A stretch of 64,000 nt of DNA from Spirochaetales bacterium (GTDB lineage Bacteria > Bacillota > Clostridia > Christensenellales > UBA1242): NCBI GenBank assembly GCA_050178795.1, contig JBFXFT010000003.1, positions 3,955 to 67,954 of the forward strand. The letters run 5' to 3'. A model generated the notes under the pieces. That model was given only the letters and a program-made list of their open reading frames with translations, was not told where the DNA came from and did no database searches. Both the position numbers and the translations under genes were made by a program. Below, piece by piece: positions 48,000-57,914 of this stretch. Positions within the stretch are counted from its first letter, which is position 1; each line of letters begins with the position of its first letter.

Positions 48000-48803
48000 T
48001 TACTTTAATAGTGCAGCCATTTGTTTTGTAATCATATCAACAGCCTTTTTAGGTGCTAATCTGTATAATTTATCCATAAATCCTGAGTCTTTACCTACAA
48101 TAATTCTAAATTTTTCTTTTTCTATACCTTTCAAAATTATTTCAGCCGCTTTTGGAGCCGTTGTCATAGTGTAACTCTTTGCGTTTTCACCCATACTTTT
48201 CATTTCAACGCCAGAGTTTTGTGTTATGTTTGTAGCAACTCCACCAGGGAATATGACGCTAACTCTTACATTTGTATTTTTAAGTTCTGCATATAGTCCT
48301 TCAGTCATAAGTTTAACTGCCGCTTTTGATGCGCCATATATTGTTTGTCCTGGTACAGGTAGGAACCCACCCATACTTGAAACATTGGCAATACAAGATG
48401 TTCCACTGTTCTTTAATAGATATGGAAGGAACGCTTTTACCATATATAATGTACCAAAGAAGTTTACATTCATTACGCGCTCTATTTGGTCATAATTTAA
48501 GTCGTTTAGAGGTATAAATGGTTGAATTATTCCAGCAACATTTAGTAGTCCATCAAGTGCTCCATGCTCCTTTAATAATATTTCTGGCAAATTGTCTACT
48601 TGCGCTTTGTCTGTTACACTTACAACGTGAGTAGTCAAATTTTTTGAAAGTTCTTTGGCTAGTTCAGCAGTCTCTTTTAAACCTTTTTCACTTATATCAA
48701 GTGCTGCAACTTTTGCACCTCTATTTAATAGTGCTAATACAACCTCTCGGCCTATTCCATTTCCGCCACCAGTAACGGCAAATACTTTATCTTTAAATTC
48801 CAT
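48000..48803 (-). CDS. Short-chain dehydrogenase/reductase
   Basis: TGGGNGIG, NVAG, YGASK; start at the ATG at 48803 after AAGGAG. Confidence 0.92.
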   Translation of the reverse strand: MEFKDKVFAVTGGGNGIGREVVLALLNRGAKVAALDISEKGLKETAELAKELSKNLTTHVVSVTDKAQVDNLPEILLKEHGALDGLLNVAGIIQPFIPLNDLNYDQIERVMNVNFFGTLYMVKAFLPYLLKNSGTSCIANVSSMGGFLPVPGQTIYGASKAAVKLMTEGLYAELKNTNVRVSVIFPGGVATNITQNSGVEMKSMGENAKSYTMTTAPKAAEIILKGIEKEKFRIIVGKDSGFMDKLYRLAPKKAVDMITKQMAALLK

Positions 48804-49054
48804 TTTGTTTTCTCCTTTACATCTATTTTTTACCATAATATTTATAGCATAATTCAAATTTATAACAAAGTAAAATAATATGCGGTTTTGCAACTTTTAT
48901 AAAATAATGTAAATTCCACTAATCATATACCATTATTTGACCACTTTTTGCCAAAATCTACGATTAGTAGACCATTTATACACAATAAATAGGTTGTACT
49001 TTTTTTATAGTTTCTGTTAAACTTTGATTAGTTTAAATTTTAGGAGAATGAAAT

Positions 49055-49690
49055 ATGGAAAACAACAACGTAGGAAAAACAATTGCAAACTTGAGAAGAA
49101 AAAATAATTTGACACAAAGTCAACTCGCAGAAAAATTGTTCGTTTCCGACAAGGCAATTAGTAGATGGGAATCTGGCGTAGGTCTTCCAGAAATTGCAAA
49201 TCTAATTGAATTATCAAAAGTGTTTGGCGTTTCGGTAGACTACATAGTAAATGGTCAAGGAGCGGAGATGACACAACCAGTAAATAGTGCGCCAGTAAAT
49301 GAGATTAGAAACTACGAAAGACAATATGAAACACCGAAGCGTGAACTTGACGCAGATACCGTTAAAACAATGTCTATTTTAAGCATATCTCTAAGTGGTT
49401 TTGGTCTAATTATGGGGCTAATAGTTAACCCATTTGTGGGAATTGTACTTGCTATAATTGGTTTAATTTTAGCGCTAGTTTATAAAGACCAAACATCTCT
49501 ATCAACTGTTGCTAAAATACTTAGCATAGTATCAGTAGCCATTTGTGGAATAATAACCATATATGCAATAATATCTTTAATAAATAACGACACAATGGTT
49601 AATAACATATTTGACCTATTTAAAGATATCATGAATGACTTTATGGACTTTGGCACTAGTGGTTTTGGTTTTATTAAAAATCTATTTTAA
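49055..49690 (+). CDS. XRE-family HTH regulator with C-terminal TM helices
   Basis: LTQSQLAEKLFVSDKAISRWESG; hydrophobic C-terminal half. Confidence 0.88.
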   Translation: MENNNVGKTIANLRRKNNLTQSQLAEKLFVSDKAISRWESGVGLPEIANLIELSKVFGVSVDYIVNGQGAEMTQPVNSAPVNEIRNYERQYETPKRELDADTVKTMSILSISLSGFGLIMGLIVNPFVGIVLAIIGLILALVYKDQTSLSTVAKILSIVSVAICGIITIYAIISLINNDTMVNNIFDLFKDIMNDFMDFGTSGFGFIKNLF

Positions 49691-49835
49691 AAACATTTAA
49701 CAATAATTTCAAAATTAAAAAATAAGGACCAACTCCTTATTTTTTATTAATTTTAAACTATGTCTTTACAAATTTTAAAAAAGTAATATAATATATATTG
49801 TATAAAGATATTTAAAAAGTATAGAAGGCGTTATA

Positions 49836-50447
49836 GTGACAAAAAGAAAAGAGTTCGTTGAAGGCACTAAAAAAATTTTAGGCAAAAAAATTGAACCTAG
49901 GTTGAAAAATCAAAATGGCACTACCCTACTTGTAGTTGATATGCAGGCAGGTTTTATTAACGAACACAATAAAGAATATGTGCCAGCGGTTATTGAATTA
50001 ATTGAATCAAATCTATTTGATAATTACATATACACAAAATACATAAATACTGCAAACAGCCCTTTTAGTAAAATTTTAGGTTGGACGGACTTACAAGATT
50101 CAGCGAGCCAACAACTAGTTGTCCCTTATTTAAACAACAGCGAAATAATAGTTCAAAAGCATACTTACGGCATAAGCGACGACAGGGTAAAAAAGTTTAA
50201 AGAAGACAAAGTAAAAGAAATTTATATTTGTGGCACCGACATTGACGCCTGTGTATATGCAATAGGAATAAGTCTATTTGATAACAACGTAAAACCTATT
50301 TTTATTACCGATGCATGCATGACTTCGTCAGAGACTGATGACTTAAGAGACTGGTCTTTAAAGATAATAGAGAGACAATTTGGTAATGCGTGCATGATAA
50401 CGTCAGATGAATTAAAAGAAAAGTTAAAAAGAAAAAAGAAAAGTTAA
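49836..50447 (+). CDS. Isochorismatase/cysteine hydrolase family protein
   Basis: LLVVDMQ, KHTYG, GTDIDACV (D-K-C triad). Confidence 0.88.
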   Translation: MTKRKEFVEGTKKILGKKIEPRLKNQNGTTLLVVDMQAGFINEHNKEYVPAVIELIESNLFDNYIYTKYINTANSPFSKILGWTDLQDSASQQLVVPYLNNSEIIVQKHTYGISDDRVKKFKEDKVKEIYICGTDIDACVYAIGISLFDNNVKPIFITDACMTSSETDDLRDWSLKIIERQFGNACMITSDELKEKLKRKKKS

Positions 50448-50501
50448 AAAAATATTTATTCGCCAATTTTATATACTTCCACTAAATACGGCAAGTATAG
50501 C

Positions 50502-50531
50502 AAAACATACCCATTTTTGGGTATGTTTTTT
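50502..50531 (+). terminator. Intrinsic terminator
   Basis: AAAACATACCCA-TTTT-TGGGTATGTTTTTT. Confidence 0.75.
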
Positions 50532-50635
50532 AGTCAATCTGTTCCGACAAATTTCTAAAAGATATTGACTTTTTTACGCAAACGATATATACTGAAATCA
50601 GTATAAAAAAACAATTTAATAAGGCGGTTTTCTTT

Positions 50636-53197
50636 ATGGACGAGCAAACTAGAAATATTGAGAAAGACAAAGTTAAAAAGTTAAAGACAAAAAAGACTGA
50701 GGCTTACAAGGAAGCTATTAAGGCTAGGCACGAAGCGCTAAACTCTACTGTGGTTATGGACATTCCAGTTGAAGGTAGCATAATGTACTTTAACAATTAT
50801 TCCGACATTCACTATGAAGAATGTGATATGGAAAAATTGGATCAAGATTTCAGGGAAGATGCAATAATACCTAATATGCACGTGACTCTAGGTGGCGACA
50901 AAATTGATATGCCGCTAAAAGACTCTGTGACTAGTATTTATGAAAAGGTTACAAACCCTTCCGAAGGGAAAGAGATGTTTGCTGAATCTGTCAAAGAATC
51001 TGGCATTTTGAAAAACGTTGATGGTATGTTTAACGGAAATCATGGTTACAGATTGATAACACTAACCTCTTTTGATGCTAACCAAGATATGTCAAAAGAA
51101 CTAGCAATAGAAGAATCTGCTGCTATTAACCAATTAGAGTTAAATTACCTTTTAGACGACCCAATACACCCGGGCAAAAAAGTCAGGGTTATAATTCACT
51201 TAAGGCATGGCGAAGGAATACCTGCAAACGAAGGTGCTGCCGTAGACAAAATGCTACAAGGTGACAATATAAAGTGTGTTGATGTATATATATCAGAGCA
51301 CACACATAAAATTTACATTGGCAGTTCCGAAATTAAAATTGATGAAGCTAATAGAAAAAATCCAAAAACTAAAGTTATTACCGCTGTAAACTTCGGTTCA
51401 AGACAAGAACGTAGCGAGTACGGCGACAGGGCTGGCTACCGTCCAACTCCAAGAGTAGATGGCGAAATTTTAAGAATAGCTTTGGTTCCCAATGCAGATA
51501 AAACCGACTTTTCTGTAAACGTTGATTTAATAAACAAAAGGGAACTTTTAAATAACATAGTTATACAAAAAATGGCTAAAGTACAAACAATCTGTGACAA
51601 ACTTGAGGAAAAAGAATATGCCTCTCAATCACAAGTTGCGACTGCTTATAAGAATAGTAGTGCTGCCATTTACCAAAACACATTAAAACCTTATAAGGCT
51701 GGCAAAGAAAAAAATTTATTCCAACCTATCAAGGGTACTTTCATTGCATCATGGAGCGGCTTTGTTGTTGGTAACTCCGACGTAAAAAACGAAAAAGCTA
51801 TTGAGAAAAAAATTGAACTAACATCTAAATTGAATGGTTCTGCCAAAATCTTCTTGAATGGAGATATGGTTTTCTACAAAAAAGCAGACTTCTTTAAAAG
51901 ACAAAAATTTGCAGACGACGTCTTTTCTTACATAGAATTATTGGCAGAAAAACTAGAAAAAGTTAAGCACAAAATAATTGGTTACAATTCTGGTGTTGAA
52001 GAACAAAAAATGATGATGTATCAATCAAAAGAATTAGCCAAATATGCTATGATTCGTCTACAAATGGATGAAAAACTGGTTTATAGACCTTATGATAAAA
52101 CCAAATTGCTAGCAGAACAAAAGAAAATTCAAGCAGAACAAGTAGACGCTCATAACAAAGGTATTCTTTCTTCAGCAATCAATGAGTACTTTGCTATGAA
52201 ATCAATGTGGGAATATTATACTGGTAAAAAGCAATACTATTATGATATGACCGCCAAAGAGAAACAATATCCAAAAGATAAAGTTTTTCAATATTTAGAA
52301 AATTTGCAAAAGTTTGATATTAACTTCCATATGAAAAACTATAAAGCTATAGAAGATGGTTTTGTAAGTAAACTAAGGCTAGAGAGAACTCTATTAAGTT
52401 TGCGAAAAGATAGAGAATATATAGATTACACCTTTCCTCTTTCTGCAATAGAATTAAGAGATCCTCATCCAAACTTGATTCAACACATTTTGTGTGAGTT
52501 CTTAGGAATAGACCCTAAAACCATTGCCATTAACCCTAGACCAAATACCGAAACTTTTTTAACCTTACCAATAAAAACTAATAAAAATAGATCAAAAAAT
52601 TTAAACTTGCTTTTCAAATATTCAAAAAGCGTAGCTAAACGTAGTGCTCAAACAACACATTTTTCTACACAAGAATCAAAAAGACCTAAAGTGGATGCTA
52701 TTATCGTAAATACTAAAGGCGGTTATGAGTACGTAACAAAGCAAAGATCGCTTGATCCAGAATATAAATCACTTGCAGCAGGTGAGGCTAGCACAGACGT
52801 TTTAAAAGATATTTGGTATATTTCTGCAGGTAGAGATGATGGTAGCAAGGACAGAGTGGACCAAGAGCAATCTGTAAGCAAACTATACAAATTTGAATGG
52901 GATGAAAGCACACAAGAAAGTAATGCTGACTATGAAGGCAGAGATATGTATAGAAAAGCAAAACTTAAACCATCCCTACTTTGCAGTTCTGTCAACTACG
53001 ATAGCGCTCTAACACATGAGGATGTATTTGAAACAGTTGTTCAAAATATGGTGGTAAATAGCTTTAATAAAACTTACTATAAAGTTGCAAAGATAGAACT
53101 TGTAAAAAATCAAAGTAAGGCAAGGGAAGCCATTGAAAAGGCTCTTGATGGTAAAGCCTCAGTTTCGAGAGAAGGAACAGTTGGCAAACAAATTTAG
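50636..53197 (+). CDS. Large protein with an N-terminal metallophosphoesterase domain and a second degenerate copy
   Basis: SDIH, GGD, GNHG, RHGEG, EHTH; second unit SWSG / LNGD / GYNSGVEE. Confidence 0.6.
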   Translation: MDEQTRNIEKDKVKKLKTKKTEAYKEAIKARHEALNSTVVMDIPVEGSIMYFNNYSDIHYEECDMEKLDQDFREDAIIPNMHVTLGGDKIDMPLKDSVTSIYEKVTNPSEGKEMFAESVKESGILKNVDGMFNGNHGYRLITLTSFDANQDMSKELAIEESAAINQLELNYLLDDPIHPGKKVRVIIHLRHGEGIPANEGAAVDKMLQGDNIKCVDVYISEHTHKIYIGSSEIKIDEANRKNPKTKVITAVNFGSRQERSEYGDRAGYRPTPRVDGEILRIALVPNADKTDFSVNVDLINKRELLNNIVIQKMAKVQTICDKLEEKEYASQSQVATAYKNSSAAIYQNTLKPYKAGKEKNLFQPIKGTFIASWSGFVVGNSDVKNEKAIEKKIELTSKLNGSAKIFLNGDMVFYKKADFFKRQKFADDVFSYIELLAEKLEKVKHKIIGYNSGVEEQKMMMYQSKELAKYAMIRLQMDEKLVYRPYDKTKLLAEQKKIQAEQVDAHNKGILSSAINEYFAMKSMWEYYTGKKQYYYDMTAKEKQYPKDKVFQYLENLQKFDINFHMKNYKAIEDGFVSKLRLERTLLSLRKDREYIDYTFPLSAIELRDPHPNLIQHILCEFLGIDPKTIAINPRPNTETFLTLPIKTNKNRSKNLNLLFKYSKSVAKRSAQTTHFSTQESKRPKVDAIIVNTKGGYEYVTKQRSLDPEYKSLAAGEASTDVLKDIWYISAGRDDGSKDRVDQEQSVSKLYKFEWDESTQESNADYEGRDMYRKAKLKPSLLCSSVNYDSALTHEDVFETVVQNMVVNSFNKTYYKVAKIELVKNQSKAREAIEKALDGKASVSREGTVGKQI

Positions 53198-53264
53198 TTA
53201 TTTAGTCATTTATAAATTGATTTAATCTCTAATAAACATTATAATTAAAACCGAGGTAATTAAT

Positions 53265-53522
53265 ATGAAATATGGAATAACCGAAAAAGGCAACTTAATA
53301 TTTTGTGCAAACTGCGGTAAGGGTCTAGCAACTGATGGAGAAATGAAATACAATTATTGCTCTAGATGTGGCGCCCCACTATCAATAGAAAGCATAGAGC
53401 AAAAAGAAGATGAGATACTTCAAATTAAGACTGATTTATTGGACGACTTAAAAGACATTGCAGAAAAATTGGAAACTGACTCATTTGAAGCAGTGCTAAC
53501 GAGGTATGAAGACGAAGACTAA
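53265..53522 (+). CDS. Double zinc-ribbon small protein
   Basis: CANCG...YCSRCGAPL. Confidence 0.75.
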   Translation: MKYGITEKGNLIFCANCGKGLATDGEMKYNYCSRCGAPLSIESIEQKEDEILQIKTDLLDDLKDIAEKLETDSFEAVLTRYEDED

Positions 53523-53585
53523 TTAAATAAAAACCCCAATACAAGTTGGGGTTTTTTAATGCTTCAAATTTGTTTTTTAAAAATG

Positions 53586-53614
53586 TTGTCAATAAAGGTT
53601 TCTTTTGCTATAAT
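53586..53614 (+). promoter_or_regulatory. Promoter of tRNA-Thr
   Basis: TTGTCA-17 nt-TATAAT with extended TG. Confidence 0.7.
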
Positions 53615-53635
53615 AACAACTAGTAAAAAAGCCTT

Positions 53636-53711
53636 GCTTCTGTGGCTCAGTTGGTAGAGCAATTGATTCGTAATCAGTAGGTCGGCGGTTCGATTCCGCC
53701 CAGAAGCTCCA
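53636..53711 (+). tRNA. tRNA-Thr(CGT)
   Basis: 76-nt cloverleaf GCTTCTG...CAGAAGC-T-CCA; anticodon loop TT-CGT-AA; T-loop TTCGATT. Confidence 0.97.
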
Positions 53712-53714
53712 AAT

Positions 53715-53747
53715 AAAGTCTTGCAAAACTTATTTGCAAGACTTTTT
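53715..53747 (+). terminator. tRNA terminator
   Basis: AAAGTCTTGCAAA...TTTGCAAGACTTTTT. Confidence 0.8.
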
Positions 53748-53858
53748 ATTTGTGTAATCAAATTTCACGATTTCACAATTATTTCACATAAGTGTAGTAC
53801 ATTAAATTGTTATTTTTAAACTTATGATATAAAATATATAAATGAGAGGAAATAAAAA

Positions 53859-54521
53859 ATGTATAACATTTTAATTGTAGATGACGAAAAAAATATTGTA
53901 AATGTATTAAAAGAGTATGCAAAATACTATGGCTTTTTGGCAGACACAGCATCAGATGGTCTTGAGGCACTTGAAAAAGTTAACGAAAAGAATTTTGACT
54001 GTATGATAATAGATATTATGATGCCAAACCTAAATGGTTACGATACAGTTAAGGCAATGAAAAAAATAAAAAACATTCCAGTAATTATGATTAGCGCCAA
54101 AGGCGAAGAGTATGACAAGCTTCATGGTTTTGAACTTGGAATTGACGACTATATTGTAAAACCATTTTCCCCAAAAGAGGTTATGGCGCGCATAAAAGCG
54201 GTTCTAAAAAGAACAAATGGTTTTGTGGACTATGCCGAAATAGACGACCTAAAAATTGACTTAAATGGGCGCAAAGTTTTTGTTAAAGACGAACTTATAC
54301 AACTTACAAAAAAAGAGTATGATTTGCTTCTATATTTACTAAACAACAAAGGGGTCGTGCTATCAAGAGAGCAACTAATTAATACCGTTTGGGGCTATGA
54401 CTATTATGGCTATGATAGGACGCTAGATACACACATAAAAATGCTAAGGGCACATTTAAAAGAATGTGGAAAATATATAAAAACAATTAGGGGCTTTGGT
54501 TACAAATTTGAAGAAAATTAA
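53859..54521 (+). CDS. OmpR/PhoB family response regulator
   Basis: IVDDE, DIMMP, DDYIVKPFSP, winged helix LSREQL...RGFGYKF. Confidence 0.95.
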   Translation: MYNILIVDDEKNIVNVLKEYAKYYGFLADTASDGLEALEKVNEKNFDCMIIDIMMPNLNGYDTVKAMKKIKNIPVIMISAKGEEYDKLHGFELGIDDYIVKPFSPKEVMARIKAVLKRTNGFVDYAEIDDLKIDLNGRKVFVKDELIQLTKKEYDLLLYLLNNKGVVLSREQLINTVWGYDYYGYDRTLDTHIKMLRAHLKECGKYIKTIRGFGYKFEEN

Positions 54522-55905
54522 TTTTAAGAGCATAAGAATTAAAATATTGCTAAAATTTTTAGGAATTTTGAGCATAGTTTTTTTGATGATTTGGGCACTT
54601 GAAATTATTTTTTTTAAAGACATTTATGAAAATATAAAAATTAACGAAATAAAGGACGTAGGTTCTCAAGTTGTTGAAAATTATGATGTAGATAATCTTG
54701 ATGCCCTACTTCAAATATCTTTTGAAAAAGAGTGTAACATTATCGTGTTTAATGTTAGCGGTGATGTAGCCAACATTTTATTTTCAAGTTCAAGAATATC
54801 TGATATAGGCGCTTTGAGCCTTTCAATTAGCAATATGCTAACAGAACTTGGTACCAAAACTCAAACCACTTATATACAAGATGACAGGGCAAGTTATACA
54901 ACAGTAACTTTTGCACAAGTCGCAACGGTCAACGAAGAAACCATTTATTTTTATGTAAACGCGGCAATTACTCCCGTAACTTCTACGGTTGAAGTTTTAA
55001 CATTACTTTTAATTATTGCCACGAGCATAGGCTTTTTAATTACCTTAATTATGTCAATAATCTTTTCTAAAAAAATATCTCAACCGATTATGCAAATTGC
55101 CTCATCTGCAAAACAATTATCTGGCGGAAATTTGGAGGTCAATTTTAACAATAAAGAATACGATGAAGTTGCGGAACTGTCCAACACTTTAAACTATGCC
55201 ATTGCAGAAATAAAAAAGAGCGAAGACTTACAAAAAGACGTAATTGCAAATGTGTCACACGAACTTAGAACCCCACTAACTATGATTAAGTCATACGCCG
55301 AGTTGATTGATGACTTTAGCGGAGACGATAAAGAAAAAAGGACAGAACATATTAAAATTATTTTAGAGGAAACAGACAGGCTAGAGTATTTAGTAAATGA
55401 CATATTAGATTTGTCTAAATTACAAGCAGGTACAATGGTTTACACTAAAGAAGACTTTAATTTGAGTGAAACGCTTACAAAATTTGAAAAATATTACACA
55501 AAAAAATATAGACCTCAAGGTTATCAGTTCATTTTTAAATACCCTAAAACAGTTACGATAAACGCCGATAAAAAACGAATAGAGCAAGTAATAATAAACC
55601 TAATAAACAACGCCATAAATTACTCTGGCGACAATAAATCAATTGAAATTACACTAGTTAAAGTAAAAAATAAAAACCTATATCATTTACAAATAAAAGA
55701 CCACGGAATAGGCATCTCTAAGGAAAATCAAAAACAAATATTTGACCGTCACTTTAGGTCCACAAACGCAAGTCGTGTAATTGCTGGAAGTGGTATTGGT
55801 CTATCTATAGTCAAACAAATTTTAAACTACCACAACTTTGAGTTTGGCGTAAATAGCGAGTTAAACGTTGGTAGCACTTTCTTTATTGACTTTCCTGTCA
55901 GTTAA
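54496..55905 (+). CDS. HAMP-domain sensor histidine kinase
   Basis: Two TM helices, HAMP, SHELRTPL, NLINNAINY, DHGIG, GSGIGL. Confidence 0.95.
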   Translation: MVTNLKKINFKSIRIKILLKFLGILSIVFLMIWALEIIFFKDIYENIKINEIKDVGSQVVENYDVDNLDALLQISFEKECNIIVFNVSGDVANILFSSSRISDIGALSLSISNMLTELGTKTQTTYIQDDRASYTTVTFAQVATVNEETIYFYVNAAITPVTSTVEVLTLLLIIATSIGFLITLIMSIIFSKKISQPIMQIASSAKQLSGGNLEVNFNNKEYDEVAELSNTLNYAIAEIKKSEDLQKDVIANVSHELRTPLTMIKSYAELIDDFSGDDKEKRTEHIKIILEETDRLEYLVNDILDLSKLQAGTMVYTKEDFNLSETLTKFEKYYTKKYRPQGYQFIFKYPKTVTINADKKRIEQVIINLINNAINYSGDNKSIEITLVKVKNKNLYHLQIKDHGIGISKENQKQIFDRHFRSTNASRVIAGSGIGLSIVKQILNYHNFEFGVNSELNVGSTFFIDFPVS

Positions 55906-56024
55906 AAAACGATTTTAAAAACACAATAAATTTAAAAAAAATAAATTCTTTGCAATTTATTTTTTTTATTTCACTTTAATTTCACGATGACCATATATCT
56001 TTAAATCAGTGAGGTAAATTTATT

Positions 56025-57902
56025 ATGTCTTTATTAAAAATTTCTAACCTAAAAAAGAGTTACAAAATAACAAAAACAGAAAAGCAAGATGTATTAAAAG
56101 GAGTAAACATTGAGTTTAAAAGTGGTGACCTAGTTGCCCTACTCGGCGAATCTGGTTGTGGAAAGTCAACTTTAATAAACATACTTGGTGGACTTGACAC
56201 GGATTACACTGGAAGCGTAGTAATAAAAGGCGATTTTATTAGAGATTTTGACGAAAAACAAATGGACGACTACCGCAAAAAGCGCGTAGGTCTTATTTTT
56301 CAAAACTATAATCTAATAAAGCACATGACCGTCTTAGAAAATGTAGAAATTGCAATGGCTATGAGCAACATAGAAAAAAAGACACGCGAAGAGCGTGCAA
56401 TGGATCTTTTAAAACTTGTTGGCCTACATAATTTTGCTAAAAAACTTCCAAATCAACTATCTGGTGGTCAAAAACAACGCGTCGCAATAGCGAGAGCATT
56501 AGCAAATAACCCAACTATATTACTTGCAGACGAGCCAACGGGCGCACTAGACAAAGATGCCGCCGAAACAATTTTAACAATACTAAAAAAGATAGCCCAA
56601 AAAGGAAAACTTGTAATAATTGTAACTCACTCTCAAAAAGTCGCAGATGAGTGTGGCAGAATTATAAAAATAGATGACGGAAAAATTGTTTCAGATGTAA
56701 AAAACAATAATCTTAAAATTGAGGCGGTGCGCGACAAGGAAATTACCCCTCATAGTATAGATAGCAAAGAATTATTTAAAATATCTAAAAACAACTTGAA
56801 ACAAAATAAAAAACGAGGGCTTTTAGTGTCAGTTGGTATGGCAATAGGTCTTGCAACCGTAATAATTATACTGGCGCTTAGTAGCGGTCTTGCCTCCTAT
56901 GTAAACGATGTGTTTACGCAAAATATTACCGCTTTAAATATTACCGCTTATAAGTCATCAGGCTATGAGTTTAGCGACAATGAAGTAAGCAACGTTGAAC
57001 AATTGGAAGGTATTGAAGACGTAACCGTCGCAAGCACTCTTAGCGACCTTTTGTATGTCGCGAGCGGACTATCGAAAAATGGAACTGTGGCAACTCTATA
57101 CGAATACTATGACGATTTTGAACCAGACTTACTATATGGGCTTTTACCCGCTTCAACTGGTTACATTATGGTAAATGAGACATTTGCATCTTCATTATAT
57201 GCGGACGACATTTTTTCAGTAATAGGACAAGTTATAAACATTTCCTATAATGAAACAGTTAAGAGTTACACCGTTTCTGGAATTTATGATGACATAAGTG
57301 ACGATAGTGATGAAATAAACGCATACATAACAAATACAGATATGACTTCACTTTCCTCTGGCACTGCAAATGAAAACCTGCTTTACATAACGGCTAGCGA
57401 TTCTAGTTATGTTTTAGCAATTATTGACGATTTAAATACACTAGGATATGAAACGCTTCAAGCAGATTCGTCAGTGCAAACCGTCTTAAATTATATTGAT
57501 ATAGGCACAGGAGTTTTGACTGGAATTAGTGCAATATCTATGGTCGTTGCAGCAATAATGATTTTTATTGTAATGTATATAAGCGTAGTTGAAAGAATGA
57601 AGGAAATAGGCATATTGCGTGCCATTGGTGCAAGAAAAAGCGATATAAGAAAACTCTTCATTTTTGAAGCAGGAATGCTTGGTTTAATAGGTGGACTAAT
57701 ATCTTGTGCCCTTGCACTAATAATAACGATATTAACCAACATTATTTGTTTAACCACTATATCGGCTTCGTTAATTAGTTATAACATTCTTTATTATTTG
57801 ATTGGACTATCTGCAAGCGTAATTATTAGTATTTTGGCGGGAATATCGCCAGCAATTTACGCCTCAGAACTAGACCCAGTAGACGCTTTAAGATACGAAT
57901 AA
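56025..57902 (+). CDS. MacB-like fused ABC transporter ATPase/permease
   Basis: GESGCGKST, LSGGQKQR, ADEPTGALD; FtsX-type ERMKEIGILRAIGA; ends LDPVDALRYE. Confidence 0.93.
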   Translation: MSLLKISNLKKSYKITKTEKQDVLKGVNIEFKSGDLVALLGESGCGKSTLINILGGLDTDYTGSVVIKGDFIRDFDEKQMDDYRKKRVGLIFQNYNLIKHMTVLENVEIAMAMSNIEKKTREERAMDLLKLVGLHNFAKKLPNQLSGGQKQRVAIARALANNPTILLADEPTGALDKDAAETILTILKKIAQKGKLVIIVTHSQKVADECGRIIKIDDGKIVSDVKNNNLKIEAVRDKEITPHSIDSKELFKISKNNLKQNKKRGLLVSVGMAIGLATVIIILALSSGLASYVNDVFTQNITALNITAYKSSGYEFSDNEVSNVEQLEGIEDVTVASTLSDLLYVASGLSKNGTVATLYEYYDDFEPDLLYGLLPASTGYIMVNETFASSLYADDIFSVIGQVINISYNETVKSYTVSGIYDDISDDSDEINAYITNTDMTSLSSGTANENLLYITASDSSYVLAIIDDLNTLGYETLQADSSVQTVLNYIDIGTGVLTGISAISMVVAAIMIFIVMYISVVERMKEIGILRAIGARKSDIRKLFIFEAGMLGLIGGLISCALALIITILTNIICLTTISASLISYNILYYLIGLSASVIISILAGISPAIYASELDPVDALRYE

Positions 57903-57914
57903 AGGATTGATGAT

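Noticed and set aside
53636-53711. tRNA as an integration site for an island or prophage
   Set aside because: No integrase in the window and no duplicated tRNA 3' end seen
53564-53761. 65-aa minus-strand ORF (GASGRNRTADLLITNQLLYQLSH)
   Set aside because: Shadow translation of the antisense strand of tRNA-Thr
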